From: Rhynchobatus australiae
Lineage: Eukaryota
Length of the DNA stretch: 64,000 nt
Direction: 5' to 3'
NCBI GenBank assembly: GCA_034780895.1
Contig: JAUZTB010000127.1
Location: 83,211,838 to 83,275,837 of the forward strand
Positions 12,574 through 24,839 of this stretch are shown here, in pieces; the stretch's first letter is position 1; each line of letters opens with the position of its first letter. Under the pieces are notes generated by a model that was not told the DNA's origin, did not search any database, and was given only the letters and a program-made list of their open reading frames with translations. A program made the position numbers and the translations under genes.

Positions 12574-13784
12574 AGTTGGAGAAACATTCAGCAGCGATTC
12601 AGAAAGATGCCTGAGGAGGAGTCACGAAAGAGTCAGAGGGATGATTATAGGGGGGGTTGCTGAGGCCACCTAGAACAGGATGAATGCCTCATAGTCCCTT
12701 GCGGCTGCCCTTTTGAAAATGGACTTCCTAAATAATGCTGAACCAGCCATGAGCCTTCCAGCTGAGACCTGCTTTAGTGTTGAAAGTGGCCATCCGAGAG
12801 CATGCCCATTGAAATGGGCATATGGGATCCTTGTCGAAATTCAGGAAATGTGCGACTGGAGCACAAAATACCTGATGGTGCATATGTCAAAAAAAAGTCA
12901 TCACATACAGCTGCAAAAAGATAATAGCATACAAGAATATTACTAGGCCTAAATCTTTTAAAATATGTATACTAATTACCTATGTCCCTTAGAAAATGAG
13001 CACAACTTAGAGTCTCTCAGAACCAATCAACAGAAGCTTGTAATTTTGACCTGACACTTGGCCAATTTAGCAAGTGGAATGTGATCCATGTGAACTGATT
13101 CTTCAACCAGCATATAGAATCACAGGAAACAAACTTCCAATTAAAATTCCCCAAGATAATGGAAGGGGACAAACAGAAACATGGATCTCTCCCATATAAT
13201 AACATAAAAGAATAAGTAGAACCTGAGGCTATGAAAGTAAATACACATCTCCAACAGTTGACAAACCTGAATTCCTGCTTTTAACCTTGAAATTTCCTGA
13301 TCTTTTGTCAACTCTGCCCATAATAATTTATGGAAATGCACCAATGATCCCAATACTTTTCCATATCCTTTCTGGAGATTTACCAAGCCAAACACCAGTA
13401 CCCAATTATAAGAACAAGTAAATATCGAACTGACTGCTAGAAATTATGGGAAATTATTTAGTGTTGAACTTCCCAGAGGATTTTCTTCCAAATCCTGGAA
13501 TTAATGAGCCATGGCACTACGAGCAGAAAAACGGAGGTTTCACAATACCTCTCAATCAATCAACTGCTCAGTTGAGTTTCCTCTTCAAACAATTCTTTGT
13601 TGAGCATTTACCCTGGCACATTTCAACCAGATTCCGGAATGTGATCAGCTATTGTAATCTGCTATGACACTAGATTCGCAAACACATTTCACAGAATATA
13701 GCCCTTATTAAATGGAACAAATTACTGCCAAATGTCCTTTGCAAAACTTTCTAATTTTCTTTCAAGTTGCAGCCTCTATTTCAA

Positions 13785-14774
13785 TTATGAATCTGTTAAC
13801 AAGTCATTTCTGCATCTAAATTAATGCCAACTAGCCCAGTTTGCTTTTATCAGAACATTGTACCTCAATCCATTGCAGAATTTACCAAAACTCAGCATCC
13901 CATGCCCCTCCCCACCCCTGTCAGCATCACACTCTGCAACTTAACTGAATGTGGCTCCATTCTTTTGACCCAGCAGTGCTTCCTGCTGGTGACACTGTGC
14001 ACCTGCTCACTGGACAGCTGTCAATATTGTGAGGGAAACTGACCAGAGGCATGTATATACAGCCTGGAAGTTCACATCACCTGGGTCTCGTATTGCCTGG
14101 GTCAGGATAGTTTGTTGCCCTCATTGATTCCCAGCAAGGGTCAAAATCAGTCTACAGTTGATCGACTTAACATCACATTGATATAAATGAGCACAAAATT
14201 GCAAGGCCTATGTAGGAACTGAAATATAAACCCCTGTGGGCTCCTACCTTCTACCAGAGAGGGGAAAAAAGTCCTAAAATGAATAGGGTCCAAGATGGAA
14301 TGTTTATTGGGCAAATGCTAAAAGATACTTTTCATGCTTGTGTTGGGAAAACAATTAAATAAACTTTTAGTCGTGTGCAAACTGTGCAAAATAAATTAAT
14401 CTGTTTTCCTCCCCTTTGCTAAACAACAAACATATGAGGAGCATAGCTAATATGCAGGGTATAAAGGGACATTATTAAAATCCTTTTATTTTGCTGATTT
14501 CTGCTAATAAGTTCCAGTTGTTCTCAGATTGATTGTTCCAAATTTTTGCTGACGGAACCTCTGTCAAACTGAAGTTATGGATCATGGAATAAAATAGCTG
14601 CCAGCACTTATGCAGAATTCTACCACGCACGAGGCCATAAAGAACATTGAAGCTTGTCTCAACCAAAGGGTTCAGGCCTTTATGAATCTGTTAAGTCATT
14701 TCTGCATCTAAATTGATGCCAACTAGCCCAGTTTGATTTCATCAGGACATGTACTTCAATCCATTGCAGAATTT
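13785..14774 (+). repeat. Pair of ~95-bp diverged direct repeats (13785-13883 and 14680-14774)
   Basis: Both copies read ttatgaatctgttaa...gtcatttctgcatctaaatt.atgccaactagcccagtttg...tcaatccattgcagaattt. Confidence 0.9.
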
Positions 14775-15386
14775 GTTAATCAATGGGGATTACCCATCCC
14801 CCCACCCAAACACATAATACATGCACCATCTACCTAACCCTCAACTCCACCTACCTAACCTCAATTAGTTGCCCAACAACCTCACACCAGTTGCACCTAA
14901 ACCCCCCCCCAACCCACAAACACCTGTGAGCACTTTTCCACCTTGTCTCCCATCTTCTGCCCAATCCGACTCCCTCCCCAATCACCTACTTAGAATTCCT
15001 CATCAGGTGTCCGTTCTGAAATCCCTAAATAACTCCTGAATGAACTACCCTATTATCCTTCCTAATACCAATCCTCTTTCCCACCCCACCAGACACAATT
15101 CTCTCCTCTCCTCACACCACTGGGATCGCTTCTCTCTGCGATGGCAGAAGGTCATATTGGCAAGGTCTATTCTACTGAACACAACATTTTGGGCCTTGTG
15201 TAAGATGGAATATCAGACCCTCCCCTTCTGGTGTACTCCCCTTTATAATTTCCATATCCTTGATTCAGACAAAACAATGTGATATATTTGTATGTAAATA
15301 TGTAAACGAACCATGTCTGTATGACATATATATACATGTTAGTTAGTTGTTAGTCTTCAATAAAGAGTTAACTTACTGTATGTCAA

Positions 15387-15722
15387 CAGGAGATACCACA
15401 TACAAAGGAGTTGGAGGAACTCAGTGCGTCAGGCAGCATCTATGGAGAGAAATGGACAGTCACTATTTCGAGTCAAGACCCTTCCATCTGAACTGGCTGT
15501 CTGGGTGAGCACATGGTTAAAGGGATGGTGAGCAGCAGAGATCACAGAGAGGGAGAAGTGACAGATGGTCTCACAGAACTCCCATTGAAGAGAGGTGCAA
15601 AACTTCTTCAAGGTAGGCATTCATCGATTGTCCATTTCCCTACATAGATGCTGCCTGACCCACTGAGTCCCTCCAGCTCCTTTGTGTGTTAACTTATGTC
15701 TTGAAGTCCTTGGTTTCTCCTG
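15387..15722. mobile_element. Penelope-derived fold-back element (two inverted pLTR arms)
   Basis: Arm 15398-15461 is the reverse complement of arm 15626-15690 with a few mismatches. The central spacer is probably also PLE-derived. Confidence 0.8.
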
Positions 15723-15849
15723 GAGTTAATTTAATGCAGTATTCACCAGCTCTACAATAATAGCACACAAATCACTTTCAATATACTTTGTAAGTCTCTA
15801 ATATTTCACTAGCACAAAAACATTTCACCATCCTTGTTTACGGAGAGCA

Positions 15850-15995
15850 GAAAAGAAAGAACTGCATTTATGCGGTATCTTGCACAACATCAGGAAATCC
15901 CAGGCACATTAATAGGAAATGAAGTACTTCTTGTTTTAGAAATGTTGCTTGTGAGATAAATATTGACTACGACACCAGGGCATAACTTCCTGCAG
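15850..15995 (-). mobile_element. Deu-domain SINE 3' fragment
   Basis: gaaagaactgcatttatgcggtatcttgcacaacatcaggaaatcccaggcac...gataaatattgactacgacaccaggg is the reverse complement of the DeuSINE tail and Deu domain. Confidence 0.6.
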
Positions 15996-16462
15996 CCACA
16001 GCAAGTGGTTCCAGAAAGAATTCCTCGTGTATCCTCTGGTCCTAAGACAGGGTTTAAGACAAAATACCGGATCCTTGTTCAAATAAGGCGGGCGATTACC
16101 CTTTCAAGGAAAATAGATTATGAGAAGTCAGCTCGGACTTAGAGAGGGAATCTGGTAAAGAGAATCTACCAAGGCAGGAAATTATAAATTGAGGAAAATC
16201 AACAAGGAGATTGGAGTAATTCACAGCCCTCCAGCCCTGCACTTTGAGTAGATATCAGCCATCAGAAAAGTTGCTCTGAATGTCCATGGATCCATGGTCT
16301 TCTCCTTCCTTAGCTCTGCTACTTTCTCCAGTTTTACAGCCCTCCAATAATTCTATTTCCCTCCATTTCTGATCTCATGCACGTTCCATACTTCCTTTAC
16401 TCCATCCTGCGGCAGAGCCGCTTCAGTGGTATTGGCCACAAGGACAGAATCCCCTTCCAATA

Positions 16463-16693
16463 CAGGTAATTCTGCCATAACGCATGCTTCCATAATGTGA
16501 ATTGGTTATAATGCGATTGATGGGTTAGGGAACACTATTGGCATTACATGGGCCTCATTGGTGATATCGCAATACAAAAACATGTTTAATTCTGTGTTTT
16601 AAAAGCAACTACAGCCTGGTCTGCTGTAACATGACTTTTTATAATTTTTGGTTTCTGAGGAATGTAACTATAGCATTATAGCAGAACCACCTG
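16463..16693. mobile_element. Tc1/mariner (Tigger/pogo-like) MITE, 231 bp
   Basis: TA|CAGGTAATTCTGCCATAACGC ... GCATTATAGCAGAACCACCTG|TA: ~21-bp imperfect TIRs with TA target duplication. Confidence 0.85.
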
Positions 16694-17344
16694 TACATTG
16701 CCTTCCTACCCCTTTTTCCTTTAAGATCCTCCTCCTTGAACCCTACTTTTATGTTTAAGCATTTGGTGAACTGTCTCCTATTTAGACTCAGTCAATACTT
16801 ATCTGATTATTCTCTTGCAAAGTCCCTTTAGATATTTTGCTATAATAAAGTCAGAAGAGGTTCATCTTGATTGTCAGAAAACCCAGCTTGTATTTTACAA
16901 TTCTGTGTCCATATTGAGTCTTTCTAGGATTCAAGATTAACTCCTGCAACCCCATTTCCCCTAAANNNNNNNGTGTTTTCCAAATCAAAGTATTTTTCTT
17001 TAAGAGATGCAAAATGAGTCTCTCTCAATCACTGCCTATCACAAAACAGGCAGAGCTTCCTTTGTAAAAAAAGAGTCCCTCTAATCTCTCTCCTTTATCT
17101 TCAAATCAAGGACCCTTTGTCACAGAGAAAATAATGTAGCAATACAAGTTATATAATATTCATCATAACTTTGAAAAGTTGTATAATATTTCCCCCTTGC
17201 CATCTCTGCTACAGTGGAAAAATTGCAGTCTCACAAAACTCATCTTATAACTATAATCTTTAGGAATATAGGAGTAAGAGAAGTCCATTTAGCCCCTCAA
17301 GCCCATCCTGTTGTTCAGTCAAATTCTCACTGATATGTGGCCTT

Positions 17345-18275
17345 ATCAGACGGAATACAGGAAAGAAATTGCAAACCTTCTGTCATGGTGTCAGAACACC
17401 CTAGACCTTAACAGCAGCAAGACAAGAGAGATGGTTGTTGACCTAAGGAAGTTGGGGGGTGGGGGTGGGGGGGGGGTGAGTGAACACAACCCTGTCCTCA
17501 TTAATGGACTGCTGTAGAGATAGTCAACAGCTTCAACTTCCTCAGCATTTATGTCACCAATAACCTCCATAACGCTATATAACATAGAAACTATGTGTTA
17601 TAGAAACCTCACCTGGTCCCTCCATACCAATGCAGTGATCAAGAAATACACATCAGTGTATTTGATTTCTTTGGCATCAGCTTGTCCACAAGGATTCTCT
17701 TGAACTTCCACAGATGCCCTATAGAAAGTATCAAGACAGGTTGCATCTCAGCCTGTGATGACAACTGACTGCGCTGGACCAATGAAACCTGCAGAGGGTG
17801 GTAAACACTGCCCAGTCCATCACAGGCTCATCACTTCCTTCCATCCAGTCCATCTTCACTGTACATTGTTTCAGGAAGGCTATTGGTAATGTCAAGGATG
17901 CCTGGCTCCCCGGCCATTCCCTTTTCTCTCTTTAACCTTCTGGGAGAAGATACAGGAACTTGAAAGTCTGGATAACCAGCTTCTTTCCCACTGCTATCAG
18001 TCCTCTGAACCAAGCATCACTTTCACATTCCCTCCCCAGTGGTGTTGCCACTTTCTTGAACTCTTAATTCCAGCTCTCTCGGTTATTCTATTATTGCCAC
18101 TTTAGCATTTCATTTTACATTACTTCAGATTGCACTGCTATCTTTGCACCATTCTGCTGTTTTGCACTCATCGCTCCACTTATTATTACCATGCACACTG
18201 TTTGCTCTGTGAGCTTTACATGAGCAAGGAATTTCATGTACTCCCATGTATGTGACAATAAAAAAAAATCCGAAT
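17345..18275 (+). mobile_element. Older Rex1/Babar-type LINE 3' fragment
   Basis: TEYRKEIANLLSWCQNTLDLNSSKTREMVVDLRK followed by DUF1891-like remnants; 3' UTR ends gtgacaataaaaa. Confidence 0.8.
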
Positions 18276-18681
18276 CTCAATCTTTGGTTAACGAACAATC
18301 TCGGTTTCAATGTCACTAATTGAGAGGTGTCAACTATGGCCAATCAGCAGTTGTCTCCAAGTCAAGGATCATGCATTCAATGTGAACACCAAATCTGTGT
18401 GAACTTTAACATAACCTTAAAAACATCTTCATCCCTGTATGAGGAGTTTGACAGTAACTGAGTGCAACAAAATAAATAAGAAGTCCACCTGATGAACATA
18501 AGTGAGAACTGTTAATTATTATTATCATTATTACCTTCATTAATTATATGGGGGAGGGGAATTAGGACGGGGTGCTGTAAAACAGTCCCTTTTGTCTGAA
18601 ATGCAATGTTGGCAAGCCTAGGGAAAGACTATGATTCCATTTGGGAAAAAAAGAATTACTTTTGTACCAACAGTAGCAGCC

Positions 18682-18695
18682 ATTGCCATAGCAAC
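18682..18695. promoter_or_regulatory. RFX X-box-like palindrome
   Basis: ATTGCCATAGCAAC versus the RFX consensus GTTGCCATGGCAAC, located in non-repeat sequence. Confidence 0.3.
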
Positions 18696-19150
18696 TCTGA
18701 CTAAACTGCAGGAAGTTATATTGATTTCCTAACAGACGGCAGATCTGGGAAAAATTGAGTCCAGAGAAAAAGATGCAGGGATAACAATGAGAAAACAAAC
18801 ATACAGAGAGGGAGAAGAAAAAGACAGACATGGCTTGAAAAGGGAGAATTAGAGGGCGGGGAGACAAGGTGGGATGCAATTAGACTAAAGGAGATTTATT
18901 TTCCTTTGCCATGAGTAACCCCACAGGAACAATTATTTTCAATTTGTAAATGCATCACTTAGTTTGGCAATGAACAATGCAAACAGGAAAGTCTCAACGT
19001 CAATTCCCAGTCTGTATTTTGGCAGTAATCTCCACTTGGGTGGCTATGGCCTCAATTCCCTTAAGCAGCCAGGTTCCTGCTTTTATTTTGTACCCAGTGA
19101 ATTTAACTTGAATCAACATTAGATTTGGCTGTGAATATCGACCGCCTTAC

Positions 19151-19231
19151 AAATGCAGAATAGCTTCTTGCTCAGAACATTTGGGAAAACCCAGTGGCTG
19201 CAGTATCGTATTGCAATGTGTGGGGCACCAC
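19151..19231 (-). other. Candidate 81-nt exon of the minus-strand transcript
   Basis: Strong acceptor gcttttctctcttttttccacttgtttag|GTG and donor TTT|GTAAGG; unique sequence. Confidence 0.35.
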
Positions 19232-20134
19232 CTAAACAAGTGGAAAAAAGAGAGAAAAGCTGAGGTAAAATTTGCTTATTAAGAAATGACCTAAGAGCTT
19301 GTCTCTTCAATTTAAATTTGAGACAGGCATAATAAATAAACACTTTCACAATCTCTTTTGCATTGATATAGACCAGCATGTGCATCACTGGGGGCAGCCA
19401 GCACTCAAATATGAACTGTAATGATCTAATCGTATCCTACAGCAATAGTTAAAGAGAACTGTCAAAATGAAAAAGTGAGATTTTCTGGGCTTTACACTGA
19501 GAAAAGGATCATCAAAAGAATCAGAAATATCTTATCGAATAGTAGAAATTCAAAAAAGTTGAATTTTAGCCACTTTAATTTCTTCCAACTAAATTAACTA
19601 ATCATCTCAGTTTTTCTTACCCCTTATTTACACATGTCTGTTTAAACACAATGATACTGGAAAGTCCAAAAGATCTGGAATGTAATTAATCTGATTATAT
19701 TTTCCTTGGAATAATTGTAATTCGTCCAAATGGGCCACCTTTTCCTGAATAAACTGGCTTTGAAAGGTACTTGCAAGCAACAGTTCCAGCTAAGATTAAT
19801 ATATTTACCCACATGAGTCAAACTGCTCTATGTCCCCATTCCTTATTACAGTTCAGGAGCTATTAGTGATGGAAAATAAATGCTGGACTTCCCAGCAACA
19901 TCCACAACTGTGAATGAAAATGTACACCAAACTAGACAATGTTCCAAATGTGGCATTATCAAGGCTTTATATGAGCTCAACATTATCTCTTTGTTCTTTT
20001 GCATAATCCAGAGTACTCTTTGCTTTTTATGGCCATTGCAGTAGGTTGATGTGTAACCATATACTAACATCTCTCTGTTCCTCTTTTCCATTTTAAGTCA
20101 ATGAATCATAGAAAATTTACAACACAGAAGAAGC

Positions 20135-20575
20135 CTAGAACGTAGAACAGTACAGCACAGGAACAGATTGTTCGGCCCACAATGTTGTGCCAAACTAATT
20201 AAGCTAATGACACCTAATCCCTTCTACCTGCACATGGTCCACATCCCTCCATTCTCTACACATCTATGTGCCTATCTAAGAGCCTCTTAAATGCCTCTAT
20301 CATATCTGCCTCCACTGCAGTGCATTCCAGGCAACCACCACTCTCTGTGTAAAAAAACTTGCCCTGCACATCNNNNNNNNNNNNNNNNNNNNNNNNNNNN
20401 NNNNNNNNNNNNNNNNNNNNNNNNNNNNNNNNNNNNNNNNNNNNNNNNNNNNNNNNNNNNNNNNNNNNNNNNCTTTGAACTTTTCCCCTCTCTCACCTTA
20501 AATTCATGCTCTCTAATATTAGACATTTTAACCATGGGAAAAAGATAATTGCTGACTTTCCCCATCATGTGCCTT
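20135..20575 (-). mobile_element. CR1 (HER1-like) LINE 3' end, spans N gap
   Basis: The minus ORF reads YLFPMVKMSNIREHEFKVREGK; the terminus tagaacgtagaacagtacagcacaggaacag is the reverse of a (ttcta)-type CR1 tail. Confidence 0.8.
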
Positions 20576-20652
20576 CTGATTGAAAAGTGGGTGCCCAACC
20601 TAATCCAGCCTTCCAGTACTAGGTCACAGCTCTTCAGATACAAATCCAAATA

Positions 20653-20990
20653 TAGGCATTCTCTGGGTTACATAAGGGTTCTGTTCCTGTGAACTGTCCA
20701 TAAGTCAATTTCTCCGTGTCAGAAACATTCATTTTCTCTAGCTACCTATGTCATATTGCTCTACGTACATTTGCTATTATCCTTTCATTTCATTGAATAA
20801 ACACCCTAACACCACCAATAATTAAACTAATGAAATATATACTACATCCAATTATTAATGAATACCATTAAATATTTTATTATTATTATTTTTATTATTA
20901 CTAGCTTGAAAATGCCTTAAAATGTATGGGAAAATTTGTGTAGTATCAGATTTCCCTAAGTCAGGTCATTAGTAACCTGGGAAGCCCCTG
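20653..20990. mobile_element. Tigger-like MITE with AT-rich interior
   Basis: TA|tAGGCATTCTCTGGGTTAC ... GTAACCTGGGAAGCCCCTG|TA: diverged Tigger-type TIRs with TA flanks. Confidence 0.65.
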
Positions 20991-21349
20991 TACATTTCAG
21001 TGGGTTGAAGACTTCAGCCTTTGCTATCTGTAAGCTTTACAAAAGCCTTGTTAAAATCCATGTGGACTGTATCAAACACACTGCCCTCATTGACCTTTTT
21101 GTATTTCCTCCTCAAAAAAAATAAATTAAATTAGTTGATAATGACCTTCCCTTAACAAATCTTAGCATTCAAAATGTTTTACTTCCTCAGTCTTACCCTT
21201 AAAAAGTATTACATGCTATCTGGCTCAGATTAACTGATGTTTCTTTATCCACCTTAACTCTGTATAATTGCTTTAGTATTGCCAATACCTGTGAAGTGAC
21301 CATCCAGACCAATAATGGCTGAGCCTACAATATGAAAACAAGGAATGGA

Positions 21350-21455
21350 AATCTGTAGCAACAAACAAGATACTGGGGGATCTCAGCAGGTCAGGTAGCA
21401 TCTGTGGAGGGAAATGGACAGTTGATTTTTGGGTCAAGACCCTTCATCTGGACTG
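21350..21455 (-). mobile_element. Penelope pLTR with decayed minimal hammerhead
   Basis: Minus strand 21455-21419 reads CAGTC-CAGATGA-AGGGTCTTGACCC-AAAA-ATC-AACTG. Confidence 0.75.
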
Positions 21456-22994
21456 CGTTCTTAACCCATTAGTGGAAATCTATACCTGACAATCCCATCC
21501 AACCCAAGATATCAGCCAAACATTATCAAGCAGTCTATTGTATGCGGTAAAAATAACATTAATTTTTGAAAGAAATGAATATTTTCTGCCTTAAATAATC
21601 ACAAAAGCTTCAAGGAGTCAATGACATTCTGTCATTCACCATCATCTCAATTAACTAGTTTACCTTTGATAAATGGAAGTGACTTTTTCCACTCAGGAAT
21701 ATATGATGTTGGCTTTTGAAGGAAAGCATACACACATGTTCCAGAGGAAAAGAACTCTGAGAACATATCCTAACCTAACTCTGTGCATTAGAATATTATA
21801 TGAATGTCTTCTGGTTTAATTAATTCCATCCATCTCAATTAATCTGAATTTAATGCGTTCCTCACTTTAAAAAACTGAATTGACCAAGCCTGCATAGCCC
21901 TAATTCTTGGATTCTATCCTAATAACAAAGAGTTCTTAGAACAAGTATGTTTACCCTCAAACCACATTCTTCAGAGCCCCATAAGTTTCACTTGAATACT
22001 AAATATGGACACAGTACTTCAACTGTCCATGTACCACAGCTGTAATACACTTTGCTTTATATTCAATCAGCCTGGCACAGTATGCCTTAATCTTTCCTAC
22101 AGTTACCTCTTATAAATGCACATTTTTAATAATTTGTCAAATGTTATCCCAGGATCACTCATTTCCTTTACAACCCTGAACAAGATCCTTGTTTGGTATA
22201 AGCATCATTGGAACATCCCACCTGGAAATGTTTGCTTCAAGAAGAATAAACTCTCTTGTGGAAACGTCCTTCAACATGCATAAAATTGACAATCCTGCAT
22301 ACATGACTTCAACAGTTGTTCATCCAGCATGATATCTATTCTTAACCCATAAGAAGCTGATCTTTTCCACTTTAGGGATGGTTTGCCATCATCCATTTCT
22401 CATCATTTCCTCTAAGAACTCAGTCATCATTAAAATAGGACCTCCATTTTCTGTTGTTGTGTTTGAAATGCCTGATGATAAACTTTTCAAATAATATTAA
22501 TTTCCATTCCATCAATCTCCCCACACTGTTAAACCAGCAACCTGTTAATTTTTCCAGGTCCGAATATTTCCTTTGTGGATCATTGGAGTCAAATCTTCAT
22601 TTTACTTATCATTTGGAATCAGCACAGATTGAATATGGAAGGCCAAAACGAATAGCATGTGCAGGATATGTGCTAAAGCCAGTCATTGGTACTGTGATAA
22701 CAACACACTCAGCAGCAATTTTGCATCACATTAGCCTCCTATCAATCATTCACATCTCAGGAAATGGAACGTATCTTCCTGTTGAGTTTCACAAACAGAT
22801 GGATCATGGTTACAGAATGCATTTACAGGTTTGATTGCCTAAGGTTCTTTCCAAATCCCAAATCCCAGTATGAAAAAACGAAGCTGAACAATATTAGAGA
22901 TCATGTTTGTTGAAAAAGATTTAGGGGTCAATGCTGCAGTAAAGCTTGGACAGGATGGAGGAAATATTTTGCTTAGGTCACAAGATAACCCCTG

Positions 22995-23553
22995 CAAGGC
23001 AAATGGAATTCAAATAAGTGCAAAGTGTTACATTTTGGAAGGACAAATCTAGGTAGGACTGAGTGCTGTTGCAAAACAGAGGGACCTTAGAGTACAGGTG
23101 CATAGTTCCCCTAAAGTGGAGTCACAAGTAGAAAGGGTGACGAAGAAGGCTTTTGGTATCCTGGTCATCAGTCATGGCAATGTATATAGAAGTTGGGAGG
23201 TTATGTTGCTATTGTACAAGACATTGGCGAGGCCACACTTGGACTACTCTGTTCGGTTTTGGTCACCCTGTTATAGGAAGGATGTGATAAAACTGGAAAG
23301 AGTGCAAAGAAGATTTACTAGAGACATTGCCAGGAATCGGGGGACTGAGTGAACGGGAGAAGTTAGACAGGCTGGGCCATTACTCCTTGGAGCGTAGGTG
23401 ACTGAGGGATGATCTCATAGAGGTATATAAAATCATGACAGACAGAGATAAGGTAAGCAGTCTTTTTTCCAGGGTTGGGGAATTGAAATCTAGAGGACAT
23501 AGAGGCGAAGGGTTTAATAAGAACCTGAGGGGCAACTTTTTTTAACACAACAG
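22995..23553 (+). mobile_element. CR1 LINE ORF2 C-terminal fragment
   Basis: ORF 23098-23352 contains YRSWEVMLLLYKTLARPHLDYSVRFWSPCYRKDVIKLERVQRRFTR, the classic CR1 C-terminal motif. Confidence 0.9.
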
Positions 23554-24839
23554 NNNNNNNNNNNNNNNNNNNNNNNNNNNNNNNNNNNNNNNNNNNNNNN
23601 NNNNNNNNNNNNNNNNNNNNNNNNNNNNNNNNNNNNNNNNNNNNNNNNNNNNNNNNNNNNNNNNNNNNNNNNNNNNNNNNNNNNNNNNNNNNNNNNNNNN
23701 NNNNNNNNNNNNNNNNNNNNNNNNNNNNNNNNNNNNNNNNNNNNNNNNNNNNNNNNNNNNNNNNNNNNNNNNNNNNNNNNNNNNNNNNNNNNNNNNNNNN
23801 NNNNNNNNNNNNNNNNNNNNNNNNNNNNNNNNNNNNNNNNNNNNNNNNNNNNNNNNNNNNNNNNNNNNNNNNNNNNAAGCTTATTGATCATATTCATGAC
23901 CAATTTCTGTGTACACAGCAAGACTCCATAACTAACAATATGGTAATGACTAGATTATTCAACTGCACTGAGTGTTCTTTTAGGATTATGAACTTGAATT
24001 TTTTTTTCAGTGTAAAAGGCAAAATGTCTATTTCTAAGTCATGTCATGTCAGACTGGAAGTGCAACCAGGCAGTTTTGGAGCGAACCATCCTTCTGCCCT
24101 GATTTCCTCATCAGGAGAGCACAAGATGACAGGGTTTCCTTTACTTGTGTATTGCAGAGCAACATGGACCATATGATTAAGCACTCCTGGGACATGAGAC
24201 TGACATTTTGTGCAGTGACCAATCAGTTGCAGCTTGGCCATCTAGTTCACCCATAAATATTAACAAGCTAAGTTTTTAGCTAAGTTTATTTTAATTATAG
24301 TCATTTCTAATTATCAACAATTTATTTCAAGCTTATTCGAAATGAATGATGGAATCACTTCCTTTATTGTGGAGATAGGAGAAGAAAATAAGCTGAGATC
24401 TTCCTGTTTGTCTTTAGTGGGACTTTACAGGGTAAGATCACATGCTCAACAGCAACCAACAGCAATTTATATTTATAGTACAACCTTCACAGAATCACAT
24501 ATGGAAGAACTGAATGCTTTCATTATTTTGGATTCCTGCAGCATGTCACACCTAAAGGACAATGGCAGACTCATGTTTAGAAGAACAACCTAGCAGGTTG
24601 ATGACCTTGCTGNNNNNNNNNNNNNNNNNNNNNNNNNNNNNNNNNNNNNNNNNNNNNNNNNNNNNNNNNNNNNNNNNNNNNNNNNNNNNNNNNNNNNNNN
24701 NNNNNNNNNNNNTGTACAGGGTACATTCTAGGAAAATATACTGATTAATTAATACCGATCTTTTTCCAACTCATTCTAATGTGGAAGGTGAATATATAAT
24801 TAAGATCACCATGTAGAGATATTATAATTACAGATATAT

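Noticed and set aside
12802-12821. 9-bp inverted repeat atgcccatt-ga-aatgggcat
   Set aside because: Short hairpins of this size are expected by chance in 64 kb; too short for a pre-miRNA.
14790-15120. C-rich low-complexity tract with ctaacc motifs (telomere-like, or G4 on the minus strand)
   Set aside because: No true (CCCTAA)n array; irregular low-complexity sequence.
17452-17478. Poly-G run and Gly stretch in ORF 17311-17517
   Set aside because: Simple G-run expansion inside a dead Rex LINE.
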